DNA from: the human T2T-CHM13v2.0 reference genome, Homo sapiens
Direction: 5' to 3' (one strand)
DNA: 64,000 nt
NCBI RefSeq assembly: GCF_009914755.1
Contig: NC_060932.1
Shown: in pieces, positions 14,195 through 33,094 of the stretch
Layout: every line of letters begins with the position of its first letter
Numbering within the stretch: position 1 is the first letter of the stretch
Translations under genes and position numbers: made by a program
Notes under the pieces: generated by a model
Told to the model about the DNA's origin: nothing
What the model saw: only the letters and a program-made list of their open reading frames with translations
Databases searched by the model: none

Positions 14195-14782
14195 TGTAGG
14201 GGCCAAGGGAAAATGTTCCCTTTGCCCTCTAAAAGTTCCGCTGAAAAATCAACTCACGAAAGGCAGATTAATTGGAGAAAAGGCATACAAATTCATTAAT
14301 GTGCACATGGGAGAGAATCACAGTGATTACCACCCCCCACAACAACGGGGTTTAGAAGTTTATATACCCACTTAGGGTTACAAAAAGAATGGGGTCTTGG
14401 ATTATGGCCAAACAGTTTATGGTGATGGAGAAGAGGAGGCCTGGCTGGCAAAGGTGGTCTTGTTATGTACATGAGACCTCACAGGTAGCAGCTCTCAGAC
14501 AGAAAAGATGGCAAATGTTTCTTTCACATGTTTAAAAGCATCAGATTCTCAGTTCATCTTCCCTAGATGTGGCCAAGGGAAGACCTGGCTGCCTCAATGC
14601 AGATTCTCTACAGATGCACTTGGTAATCACTGGCTTGATTTGGGTAATGTGCCCAGCCCTGAAAAACTAACCCTCCCCAATAAAAACAGCTTTGTAGGGT
14701 TACATGTGTTTGCTGACTCTCCGAACAGCCATTGCAAAATATGTCAAAAATATTTTGGGGAAAAATATTTTTATTTTCTTCA
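14195..14782 (-). mobile_element. ERV1 MER4-group LTR (MER34/39/49-like) carrying a 53-bp foreign insert
   Basis: aggcagattaattggagaaaaggcatacaaatt...gattctctacagatgca...acagctttg...caaaatatgtcaaaa...ttttgggg are typical MER4-group LTR motifs; subfamily uncertain. Confidence 0.75.
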
Positions 14783-15074
14783 AAGACAAGGACAATGACT
14801 ATCTTGCACAAAGATACATTCCTAGCACTTAGCGGTTTCTGGATCCTCCCAGTGACCTCTTATTTAAAGTCAAGGGACAACACTGAGGGCCAGCGAGACA
14901 TCCAACAGAATATGTGTGGCTGACACTCAAGACCATGCATGATTAATGGGAGAAGCAGCATTGCCAAGGGGGCAATAATTGTTTTTTAGGGAGTAAAAAG
15001 AATCTCTCATATTATAATGGTTTGTGGCCCTCTGAAAGGCCAACATCACTAAACAGAAACACAGTATGCATCAC

Positions 15075-15380
<306 letters not shown>

Positions 15381-15441
15381 AATACAGTCTGTTTGTGGTA
15401 TTAAAATTTCATGGGTGGGGCACTGTTAGAAAAGAAAGATC

Positions 15442-15752
<311 letters not shown>

Positions 15753-17415
15753 AAGGTCTATTAAGATCCTCAAAAGGATAGTAAGTATTAAAAAGATTGA
15801 GAAATTGTGCTGTCAGCCACATTCCTAAACTTTCAGGTGACTTTGAATATACCATGTAATAATTGGGGGTTCAGCATATTTATCTGTTTGTGGGGAAGGG
15901 TGGAGGAAATGGAGATGGCAGGAGGAGAGTAACTTTCCAGTTAACCCATTACTAGCCAGGAACAAAGAAGAGAGTCAAGGCAGGGACCACATATTATATT
16001 CACCTTCGTGTGACTCACACATTATCAATAAATGCATAATGAATGAAAAATAAAAAAGGAAGTGATTCATGAAGAAACACAAATTCATTTCTTCAGCAGG
16101 GTTTGCCGGAATTGACACTGCTTCAGACATCCAAAATTATTACAGGAAAGTTAGGATGAAGTACCAGCTAATCATTTCCCCTAGGAATCCCATAGTTTTG
16201 TATTAACCCTGCTATCATTTCAAAATAATATAAAATCAATCAGAGTAATTTGATAATTTATCTACCTATTATTACATATCGCATTCTTCTGTTTATCAGT
16301 AAATTCACAATACTCAAGTATAGTAATGATCAAGAATATAAAGCAGTTGCTTACAATTTTAGTTATGTAAATACTATTTCCTCCATGTAGGAGTTAAATG
16401 TTCTTTCCCTTCTCTCTCTTTAGTTTTGAGATTGAAACTGAAGCACTGTGTAATTCCTGAGACTGAGTTTCTTGGAAATTTGGGGCAAATCACAATCAAG
16501 TGCAATGGGCAAATTCTTGTTAGGAGTCCAGCTTATGCTGATCAGAAGCCAAGATATACTATAAGAATTAAAATGTGAAATGGCACATATGTCATTTAAA
16601 ACCCAATTAAATATTCAGCAATGAGGTATGTGTGTAGTTTGTAGAATTATAAATCAGAACTGCTGTTCTCAGAAAGGGTGTAATCTTATTCGGGCCACAT
16701 GATTAACAGAGAAAGAAAACAGTATACAACATTATGTAAGTAACCCTGATAATGATGTAGAACAGTTTGTATGCTGGAAGAGTTCTGAAAAGATCTCTGA
16801 GGGCTGGAAGTGCTAAGGACAATTTCATAAAGAAGGTAAGAGATTATCTACATAGATCTGAATAGTCTAAAAGAAATTGTGAATTCATGTTGGATATTTT
16901 GAAGGGAATAAGAGGAAACTGCCACAGTAGGGGTATAGTCAGTGCCTTGAGGGTCTCTGGGGCCCATAAACAGTGAGAATAGCTACCATTTATTGAGTAC
17001 CGAGCCCTGGGACATAAAGTCCTCCAGGACACCAAACAATGAGACAATTCAAAATACTGGTTTCTGGTCTTGAGAAAATAAATGACTCTATTCACTGGGT
17101 AAAAAATTGTCTCTAGTTCCTTGTTTTCTAAAGAAAAAAATGTAGGAGGCCCTAATCCAGCTGTAAGCAAACAATTCTTGAAAATCATTTTTAATGTTAG
17201 AAGAGTTTATGACTTTTTAGCATGTAACTAGGAAGAAATTCTAAGAACAGAATGGCATTAGTATTAACAAATTTTCTTCCATTGTTATCTATTTATTTAC
17301 ATACAATAGTATTCCATATGCTTACACGTATGAAAGTAGAATAAGAATAAAATTGATGCTGAACACTGAATCATTCTAGCAATAACTAACGTTTAACAAA
17401 CACATCAGTAAATTA

Positions 17416-17710
<295 letters not shown>

Positions 17711-18338
17711 GCCCATCCATCTCATTAAAAGTGATTTTCTCATAAAATTTTTTTTTTATATTTACCACTTATTAACATTTGTGTTATATGTGATTTATTA
17801 TGTAATTATCATAGTACCTCAACCCAAAATATAATTTTAACCCTTGGAATCTTATTATAAATTAAGATAACCTTAATTTCAAAATATATAGTTTGTTATA
17901 GTATAATATGAAAAATGATTAATAATATTTACATATAAATACCAAAAGTCCCTTGCTGACTTCTGAACTACACATATCTGGGCCAAGGCAATGAAGAACC
18001 TAGAGAAGAGATGACAGCTTGGTAGGCACAACAGTATAACGCAGAATAGACCCACAGATGACCCAGATGTTGGAATTAGCAGACAAACATTTTAAAATAA
18101 CTATGAAAATATGTTTAAAAATGTACAAAGATGGATATATGTGGCAAGAGTAAGGAGTATCAGGGTAACCACAATAAAAAACTAAGTGAAAATTTTAGAG
18201 CAAAAAAAATTTTATACAAAAAAAATTGATTGGATGGTATTAATAGAAGATTTTACATAAAGGAGAAAGAATAAGTGAGCTTGAAATTGGATCAACTTAA
18301 ATCATCCTAAGTAAAGCACTGGAAGAAAAAGGACTTAA

Positions 18339-18754
<416 letters not shown>

Positions 18755-19424
18755 AACAAAAACTGTTCTAAATTTGATGAAAAAGAGCAACTTGCACATC
18801 GGTCAATCCCAGCAAATCCCAAGAAAGTTAAATGCAAAAAAAAAAAGACAAAAAACCCCCAAACAACAAAAAACAAAACTCATACCTGCAAACATCATAA
18901 TTAAATTGCTGAAAACCAAAAAAGAAAGAAGACATGGACACATGTAGACAATGATAATAATGAAGGTGATTTCTCATCACAAAAACTAGAGATGAAAAAA
19001 AGACATTTTTAAAAAACAAACAAAAGACTGGCAACTTAGAATTTTATACTCAACAAAATATCCTACAACGTTAAGATATTTTCAGACTAGTAAACAAAAT
19101 CAGGGATAATTTGTTGCCAGCAAACACACACTATAAAAAACTACAAAAATAAGTTATTTAGATTGAAGGGTAATGATACTAGATGGAAATTTAAATCTAT
19201 GACAAATAATGAACACTGAAATAGATGATCAAAGTTTTAAAAGTTGCTGAGTATGACTTTACCAAATTATAAAACTGGTACTATTTAGAAGGGCACAGTT
19301 AATAAAATGAAAACCACACACTGGAAGAAAATATTTGCAAAAACTTATATGTAAAGTTTGTTTACAGAATATATAAATCACTATAAAAACTTGATAACCT
19401 AAAATAAAGAGATTGAGAAAATAT

Positions 19425-20030
19425 TATTAAGTATTGAGTTCATTCTAGTACAAAGTTTGAAAACGGCCACCAGGGAACACAGATTCGAAAGAATGGAAGT
19501 CAGTGCTCCGAAGTGGGGAAGTTTGGGGTTGTTTATAGCTAAGGCTTGGGAACCTTAATTAGGTTTCCACATTTTCCTCACAAGGCTAGCACATAGTTAC
19601 AGTACTAGCCTTCAATGAATATGATGAGTTAAGTTTGACTAATCATATTATAATATGATTAGCTATAGTTCAACTAATATGATAGTTGGAACAGTGTTCA
19701 TTTTGGGAAAGGCATATTTAACAATCCACATGGAGGGTGTAACAATGATGGGGTCTTTTGCACCACCTGGTCTGAATTAGGTGGAAGATAATAAAGGAAG
19801 AAAGGTCAGCAAGCAGGAGGGGAGAAGGTGGCATCTCTGGCACCATTTAGTCTTTCTTACTCAATTTACAGAACAAGAGCAATGAGGAAGAGAGTTAATC
19901 TATAATAGGAGAAGCAGAAGTTGCAGCTACTTATTGCATAGCTTAGACCACATGCTCATATTTCCTTCAAGGCTCAACATAAATTTTAGGGTTCCACAAA
20001 TTATGATTAAGTTTTAATTATTTATTTTTA
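19425..20030 (-). mobile_element. Probable ERV1 LTR (MER31/MER57/MER65-like)
   Basis: Reverse complement begins ...tggaaccctaaaatttatgttgagccttgaaggaa..., similar to these LTR 5' ends; it interrupts the L1M. Confidence 0.5.
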
Positions 20031-20536
20031 TAAACTCAGTAATATGGAAACAAATGAACCAATTTAAAAATAAGCAAAATATTTTAAAATATCTGCACCA
20101 ATAAAAGGTACACGAGTGATGAAGTACCACATGAAAATCTTTGCAACATCAGAAGTCACTAGGGAGATGCAAATAAGTACCACAGTGATGTATCACTATA
20201 CACCTGGTAGAATGCCTTAAAAATTTTTACCATACCATCTGCTAGGAAAGATATAGAGCAATGCCTGGAGGTAATGAAAAGTGGCACAACCACTTGGAAA
20301 ATAGTTTGGTGGCTTCTTATAATGTTAAACATATGCTCATCATATGACACAACAATCTCTTTCTTACATGTTTACTCAAATGAAGTGAACACGTATATTC
20401 ACACAAAAACCTGTATGCAAATGTTGATGCTGGCTTTATTCATAATCATTAAAAGTTTTAAACAACTAAATTATAATTCAAGTGCTTAATGGATAAACAA
20501 ACCATGATACCCAATTCTCAAAAACACAGTATTAGT

Positions 20537-20948
20537 GTATTAGTCAAGGTTCTCAGAGAAACAACTGATAGGAGACAGATAAGTAAGTGGATAGATATAG
20601 ATAGGTAGGTAGATAGGCAGATGAGAGGAGATTTATTATGGGCACTGGGTTACACCATTATGCAGCCTAAGTCCCATGATATGCCATTTACAAGCTGTAG
20701 AACCAGAGATGCCTTTTGCATAGCTCAGTCCAAGTCCAAAGACCTGAAAAGTAAAGTAGTTGATGGTATCGCTCCCAGTCCAAGGCAGCAGGCCTAGGAA
20801 CCTGGAGGCCACTGCCACAAGTTCTGGAGTCCAAACGCCAGATAGTCTGGAGTTCTGATATCTAAGAGCAGGAGAAGATGGGTGTCCCAGCTCCAGAGAA
20901 AGTGCAAATTCACTTTTTTTCTGCCTTACTGTCCTGTCCAAGCCCTTT
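20537..20948 (-). mobile_element. ERVL MLT2-like LTR fragment with an internal (TAGA/TAGG) tract
   Basis: tgtattagtcaaggttctcagagaaaca...gagatttattatgg...agtccaagtccaaagacctga. Confidence 0.75.
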
Positions 20949-21422
20949 GTAAAATTAATTTTAATTTTTTTCTTTTTTTATTATACTTTAAGTTCGGGGG
21001 TACATGTGCAGAACGTGCAGTTTTGTTACATAGGTATACACATGCCATGGTGGTTTGCTGCACCCATCAACCCGTCATCTACCTTAGGTATTTCTTCTAA
21101 TGCTATCCCTCCCTTAGCCCCCCGCCCCCCAACAGGCCCCAGTGTATGATGTTCCCCTCCCTGTGTCCATGTGTTCTCATTGTTCAACTCCTACTTATGA
21201 GTGGCAACATGTGGTATTTGGTTTTCTGTTCTTGTGTTACTTTGCTGAGAATGGTGGTTTCCAGCCGCATCCATGTCCCTGCAAAGGACATGAACTCATC
21301 ATTTTTTGTGGCTGCATAGTATTCCATTGTGTATGTGTTCCACATTTTCTTTATCCAGTCTATCACTGATGGGCATGTGGGTTGGTTCCCAGTCTTTGCT
21401 ATTGTGAATAGTGCTGTAATAA

Positions 21423-21742
<320 letters not shown>

Positions 21743-22208
21743 CATGTGTCTTTATAGTAGAATGATTTATAATCCTTTGGGTATATACCCAGTAATGGGA
21801 TTGCTGGGTCAAATGGTATTTCTGGTTCTAGAACCTTGAAGAATCACCACACTGCCTTCCATAATGGTTGAACTAATTTACGCTTCCACCAACAGTGTAA
21901 AAGCGTTCTATTTCTCCACATCCTCTGCAGCATCTGTTGTTTCCTGATTTTTTTATGATCACCATTCTAACTGGCATGAGATGGTATCTCATTGTGGTTT
22001 TGATTTGCATTTCTCTAATGACCAGTAATGATGGGCTTTTTAAAATATGTTTTTTGGCCACATAAATGTCTTCTTTTGAGAAGTGTCAGTTCCTATCCTT
22101 TGATCACATTTTGATGGTTTTTTACTTTTTCTTGTAAATTTGTTTAATTTCTTTGTAGATTTTGGATATTAGCCCTTTGTCAGATGGATAAATTGCAAAA
22201 ATTTTCTA

Positions 22209-22640
<432 letters not shown>

Positions 22641-23074
22641 TCAGTAACAGTACCATGCTTTTTTGGTTACCGTAGCCTTGCAGTATAGCTTGAAGTCAGG
22701 TAGCGCAATGCCTCCAGCTTTGTTCTTTTGGCTTAGGATTGTCTTGGCTATGTAGACTCTTTTTGGTTCCATATGAAATTTAAAGTAGTTTTTTCCAATT
22801 CTGTGAAGAAAGTCATTGGTAGCTTGATGGGGACAGCATTGAATCTATAAATTACTTTGGGCAGTATGGCCATTTTCAGGATATTGATTCTTCCTATCCA
22901 TGAGCATAGAATGTTTTTCCATTTATTTGTGTCCTCTCTTTTTCTCTTGAACAGTGGTTTATAGTTCTCCTTGAAGAGGTCCTTCACATCCCTTGTAAGC
23001 TGTATTCCTAGGTATTTTATTCTATTTGTAGCAATTGTGAATGGGAGTTCACTCATGATTTTGCTCTCTGTTCA

Positions 23075-23167
<93 letters not shown>

Positions 23168-23478
23168 TCAGGCTGAGACGATGGGGTTTTCTAAATATAC
23201 AATTATGTCATCTGCAAACAGATAATTTGACTTCCCTTTATTTCTTTCTCTTGCCTGATTGCCCTTGCCAGAACTTACAACACTACGTTGAATAGGAGTG
23301 GTGAGAGAGGACATCATTGTGTTGTGCTGGTTTTCAAAGGGAATGCTTCCAGTTTTGTACATTCAGTATGATATTGGCTGTGGGTTTGTCATAGATAGCT
23401 CTTATTATTTTGAGATACGTCCCATCAGTACCTAGTTTATTGAGAGTTTTTAGCATGAAGTGCTGTTGAATTTTGTCA

Positions 23479-23904
<426 letters not shown>

Positions 23905-25289
23905 CTATTAATTATTGCCTCAATTTCACAGCCTGTTATTCGTCTATTCAGGGATTCAACTTCTTCCTGGTTTAGTCTTTGGAGGGTGTATGTGTCCAGG
24001 AATTTATCCATTTCTTCTAGATTTCCTAGTTTATTTGCATACAAGTGTTTATAATATTCTCTGATGGTAGTTGTTTGTATTTCTGTGGGATCAGTGGTGA
24101 TATCTCCTTTATCATTTTTTATTATGTCTATTTGATTCTTCTCTCTTTTTCTTTATAAGTCGGGCTAGCGGTCTATCTATTTTGTTGATCTTTTCAAAAA
24201 ACCAGTTCCTGGATTCATTGATTTTTTGAAGGGTTTTTCGTGTGTCTATCTCCTTCAGTTCTGTCCTGATATTAGTTATTTCTTATCTTCTGCTAGCTTT
24301 TGAATTTGTTTGCCCTTGCTTCTCTAGTTCTTTTAATTTTGATGTTAGGTGTCAATTTTAGATCTTTCTTGCTTTCTCTTGTGGGCATTTAGTGCTATAA
24401 ATTTCCCTCTAAACACTGCTTTAAACGTGTCCCAGATATTCTGGTATATTGTGTCTTTGTTCTCATTGATTTCAAACAACATCTTTACTTCTGCCTTAAT
24501 TTCGTTATTTACCCAGCAGTCATTCAGGAGCAGATTGTTCAGTTTCCATGTAGTTGTGCGGTTTTGAGTGAGTTTCTTAATTCTGAGTTCTAATTTGATT
24601 GGACTGTGGTCTGATCTGAGAGACTGTTATGATTTCCATGCTTTTGCAATTGCTAGGGAGTGTTTTACTTCCAATTATGTGGTCAATTTTAGAACAAGTG
24701 CGATGAAGTGCTGAGAAGAATGTATATTCTGTCGACTTGGGGTGGAGAGTTTTGAAGATGTCCATTAGGTCCACTTGGTCCAGAGGTGAGTTCAAGTCTT
24801 GAACATCCTCGCTAATTTTCTGTCTCGTTGATCTGTCTAATATTGACAGTGGGGTGTTAAAGTCTCCCATTATTATTGTGTGGGAGTCGAAGTCTCTTTG
24901 TAGGTCATTAAGGACTTGCTTTATGAATCTGGGTGCTCCTGTATTGGGTGCATATATATTTAGGATAGTTAGCTCTTCTTGTTGCATTGATCCTTTTACC
25001 ATTATATAATGCCCTTCTTTGTCTCTTTTGATCTCTGTTGGTTTAAAGTCTGTTTTATCAGAGACTAGGATTGCAACTCCTGATTTTTTTTTATTATACT
25101 TTAAGTTCTAGGGTACATGTGCACAACGTGCAGGTTTGCTACATATATATACATGTGCCATGTTTGTGTGCTGCACCCATTAACTCGTCATTTACATTAG
25201 GTATATCTCCTAATGTTATCCCTCCACCCTCCCATGACAGGCCCCAGTGTGTGATGTTCCCCTTCCTGTGTCCAAGTGTCCTCATTGTT

Positions 25290-29078
<3,789 letters not shown>

Positions 29079-29141
29079 TATGATGTTAGCTGGTTATTTT
29101 TCTCATTAGTTGATGCAGTTTCTTCCTAGCATCGATGGTCT

Positions 29142-30165
29142 TTACAATTTGGCATGTTTTTGCAGTGGCTGGTACCGGTTGTTCCTTTCCATGTTTAGTG
29201 CTTCCTTCAGGAGCTCTTGTAAGGCAGGCTTGGTGATGACAAAATCTCTCAGCATTTGTTTGTCTGTAAAGGATTTTATTTCTCCTTCACTTATGAAGTT
29301 TAGTTTGGCTGGATACGAAATTCTGGGTTGAAAATTCTTTTCTTTAAAAATGTTGAATATGGCCCCCACTCTCTTATGGCTTGTAGTGTTTCTGCCAAGA
29401 GATCTGCTGTTAGTCTGATGGGCTTCCCTTTGTGGGTAGCCCGACCTTTCTCTCTGGCTGACCTTAATATTTTTTCCTTCATTTCAACTTTGGTGAGTCT
29501 GATAATTATGTGTCTTGAGGTTGCTCTTCTCGAGGAGTATCTTTGTGGCATTCTCTCTGTTTCCTGAATTTGAATGTTGGCCTGCCTCGCTAGATTGGGG
29601 AAGTTCTCATGGATAATATCCTGCAGAGTGTTTTCCAACTTGGTTCCATTCTCCCCGTCACTTTCAGGTATGCCAATCAGATGTACATGTGGTCTTTTCA
29701 CATACTCCCATATTTCTTGGAGGCTTTGTTTGTTTCTTTTTACTCTTTTTTCTCTAAACTTCTCTTCTCGCTTCATTTCATTCATCTGATCTTCAATCAC
29801 TGATACCCTTTCTTCCACTTGATCGAATTGCCTATTGAAGCTTGTGCATGCATCACGTAGTTCTCATGCCATGGTTTTCAGCTCCATCAGGTCGCTTAAT
29901 GTCTTCTCTAAGCTGTTTATTCTGATTAGCCATTCGTCTAATCTTTTTTCAAGGTTTTTAGCTTCTTTGTGATGAGTTCGAAATCCTCCTTTAGCTCAAA
30001 GAAGTTTGTTATTACTGATTGTCTGAAGCCTTCTTCTCTCAACTTGACTAAGTCATTCTCCATCCAGCTTTGTTCTGTTGGTGGGGAGGAGCTGCGATCC
30101 TTTGGAGGAGAAGAGGTGCTCTGATTTTTAGAATTTTCAGCTTTTCTGCTCTGGTTTCTCCCCAT
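29142..30165 (-). pseudogene. L1 ORF1 of the nested element, frameshifted
   Basis: Split into ORFs 29938-30165, 29300-29818 and 29142-29369, ending ...PLQKHAKL. Confidence 0.92.
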
Positions 30166-30740
30166 CTTTGTGGTTTTATCTACCTTTGGTCTTTGATGAT
30201 GGTGACGTACAGATGGGGTTTTGGCATAGATGTCCTTTCTGTTTGTTAGTTTTCCTTCTAATAGTCAGGACCCTCAGCTGCAGGTCTGTTGGAGTTTGCT
30301 GGAGGTCCACTCCAGACTCTGTTTGCCTGGGTATCACTGGCAGAAGCTGCAGAACAGCAAATATTGCAGAACGGCAAATGTTGCTGCCTCATCCATCCTC
30401 TGGAAGCTTCCTCTCAGAGGGGCATCCAGCTATATGAGGTGTCAGTTGGCCCCTACTCGGAGGTTAGGCTCCAGGTAGGCTACTCAGGGGTCAGGGACCC
30501 ACTTGAGAAGGCATTCTGTCCATTCTCAGATCTCAAACTCCATGCTGGGAGAACCACTACTCTCTTCAAAGTTGTCAGACAGGGACGTTTAAGGCTGCAG
30601 AAGTTTCTGCTGCCTTTTGTTCAGCTATGCCCTGCCCTAGATGTGGAATCTACAGAGGCAGGCAGGCCTCCTTGAGCTGTGGTGGACTCCACCCAGTTCG
30701 AGTTTCCCAGCCACTTTGTTTACCTACTCAAGCCTCAGCA

Positions 30741-30857
30741 ATGGCGGATGCCCCTACCCCAGCCTTGCTGCCACCTTGCAGTTCGATTTCTGACTGCTGT
30801 GCTAGCAGTGAGCGAGGCTCCATGGGTGTGGGACCCTCCAAGCCAGGTGCAGGATAA
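30741..30857 (+). pseudogene. L1 antisense ORF0 of the nested L1, truncated at 38 aa
   Basis: MADAPTPALLPPCSSISDCCASSERGSMGVGPSKPGAG* matches the ORF0p N-terminus; ATG in gcaATGg context. Confidence 0.85.
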
Positions 30858-32239
30858 AATCTACTGGTGTGCTGTTTGCTAAGACCATTGGAAAAGTGCA
30901 GTATTAGGGTGGGAGTGTCTCGATTTTCCAGGTACTGTCTGTCACAGCTTCCCTTGGCTAGGAAAGGGAATTCCCCGACCCCTTGCACTTCCCAGATAAG
31001 GCAATGCCCCGCCCTGCTTTGGCTCACACTCCGTGGGCTGCACCCACTGCCTGACAAGCCCCAGTGAGATGAACCCAGTGCCTCAGTTGGAAATGCAGAA
31101 ATCACCCATCTTCTGCGTCACATACACTGGGAGCTGTAGACTGGAGCTGTTCCTATTCAGCCATCTTGGAACCTCCCTCCAACTGCTGCTTTTTTTGCTT
31201 TCCATTTGCTTGGTAAATATTCCTCCATCCCTTTATTTTGAGCCTATGTGTGTCTTTGCATGTGAGATGGGTCTCCCGAATACAGCACACTGATAGGTCT
31301 TGACTCTTTATCCAATTTGCCATCTGTGTCTTTTAATTGGGGCATTTAGCCTGTTTACATTTAAAGTTAATATTGTCATGTGTGAAATTGATGCTATCAT
31401 TATGATGCTAGCTGGTTATTTTGCCCATTAGTTCATGCAGTTTCTTCATAGTGTCGATGGTCTTTACAATATGGTATATTTTTGCAGTGGCTGGTACCAG
31501 TTGTTCCTTTCCATGTTTAGTGCTTCCTTCAGGAGCCGTTGTAAGACAGGCCTGGTGGTGACAAAATCCCTCAGCATTTGCTTATCTGTAAAGCATTTTA
31601 TTTCTCCTTCACTTATGAAACTTAGTTTGGCTGGATATGAATCTCTGTGTTGAAAATTCTTTTCTTTAAGAATGTTGAATATTGGCCCCCACTCTCTTTT
31701 GATTTGCAGGGTTTCTGCCAAGAGATCCACTGTTAGTCTGATGGGCTTCCCTTTCTGGGTAACCTGACCTTTCTCTCTGGCTGCCCTTACCATTTTTTCT
31801 TTCATTTCAACCTTGGTGAATCTGACAATTATGTGTCTTGAGGTTGCTCTTCTCGAGGAGCATCTTTGTGGTATTCTATGTATATCCCAAATTTGAATGT
31901 TGGCCTGTCTTGGTAGGTTGGGAAAGATCTCCTGGAGAACATCCTGAAGAGTGTTTTCCAACTTGGTCCATTCTCCCCGTCACTTTCAGGTACACCAATC
32001 GAATGTAGATTTGGTCTTTTCACATATTTCTTGGAGGATTTGTTTGTTCCTTTACATTCTTTTTTCTCTAATCTGGTCTTCTCTCTTTATTTCATTAAGT
32101 TGATCTTCCATCTCTGGTATCCTTTCTTCCGCTTGATCAATTCGGCTATTGATACTTGTGTATGCGTCATGAAGTAATTTTTTTCTTTTTACCTGTTCCT
32201 GGATGCCACACTGGAGGATCAGTTGCTGATGAAAAAATG

Positions 32240-33094
32240 GTTAACTTATGAAAAAGAGATAATAATCCTACATACATATGCAACTAATAACAGAGCTTCA
32301 AAATGCATAAAGTGAATATTGGCAGAACTAAAATGAGGTATCTACAATCATGTTTGGTGATTTTGATATCCTTCACTTGGTAATTGATAAAATGAGTAGA
32401 TTAAAAATATCAGTAAGGATGTCGATCTAAACATCACTTTCAGCAAACTTTAGCTAATTAATAGTTGTAGAACACTATACGCAACAACTGCGGAATATAC
32501 TTTCTTTTTCAAATTCACTTGGAACATTTACTGAGAGAACATATGGTGGCCCATAAAACAATTATTAATACATTTCAAGGGATTGCAATCATACAGAGTA
32601 TGTCCTCTGACCACAAAAGAACAAAATTTAAGACATTTTAATGCAATATCTAGGAAACTTATGAATATTTGGAAATTACTTCTAAAAGCTCATGTGGTAA
32701 AGAAAATTAACAAGACAAATTAGAAAATATTTTGGATTAGATGATAATGAAAATACAATATATCAAATTTTGTTGGATGTACCTAGGCTAGAGTGTTCAT
32801 AGATTGGAAAATTCAGTACTAAGATGTCAGTTCATCCCAAAATGATAGATAGGTCCAATGTCATTGAAAAAAAAATATTAGTTGAAGTTTTGTAGAAATC
32901 AACAAGATAATTGAAGAATTTAAAAGGAAATTCAAAGGACCTAGTAAGTAGCTGAAATAATTTCACAAAAGAGAAAATTAGAGGTCTTAAATTACATGAT
33001 TTCAAGATTAACAGAAAAGTAACAATAAAGACAGTGCAATACTTGGATAAGGATGCATAAATAGATTTAAGAAACAGTATAGAATAAAGGACAT
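32240..33094 (+). mobile_element. Old L1M ORF2 fragments
   Basis: Degenerate EN and post-RT motifs (aataacagagcttcaaaatgcat; tctgaccacaa; gtagaaatcaacaag). Confidence 0.7.
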
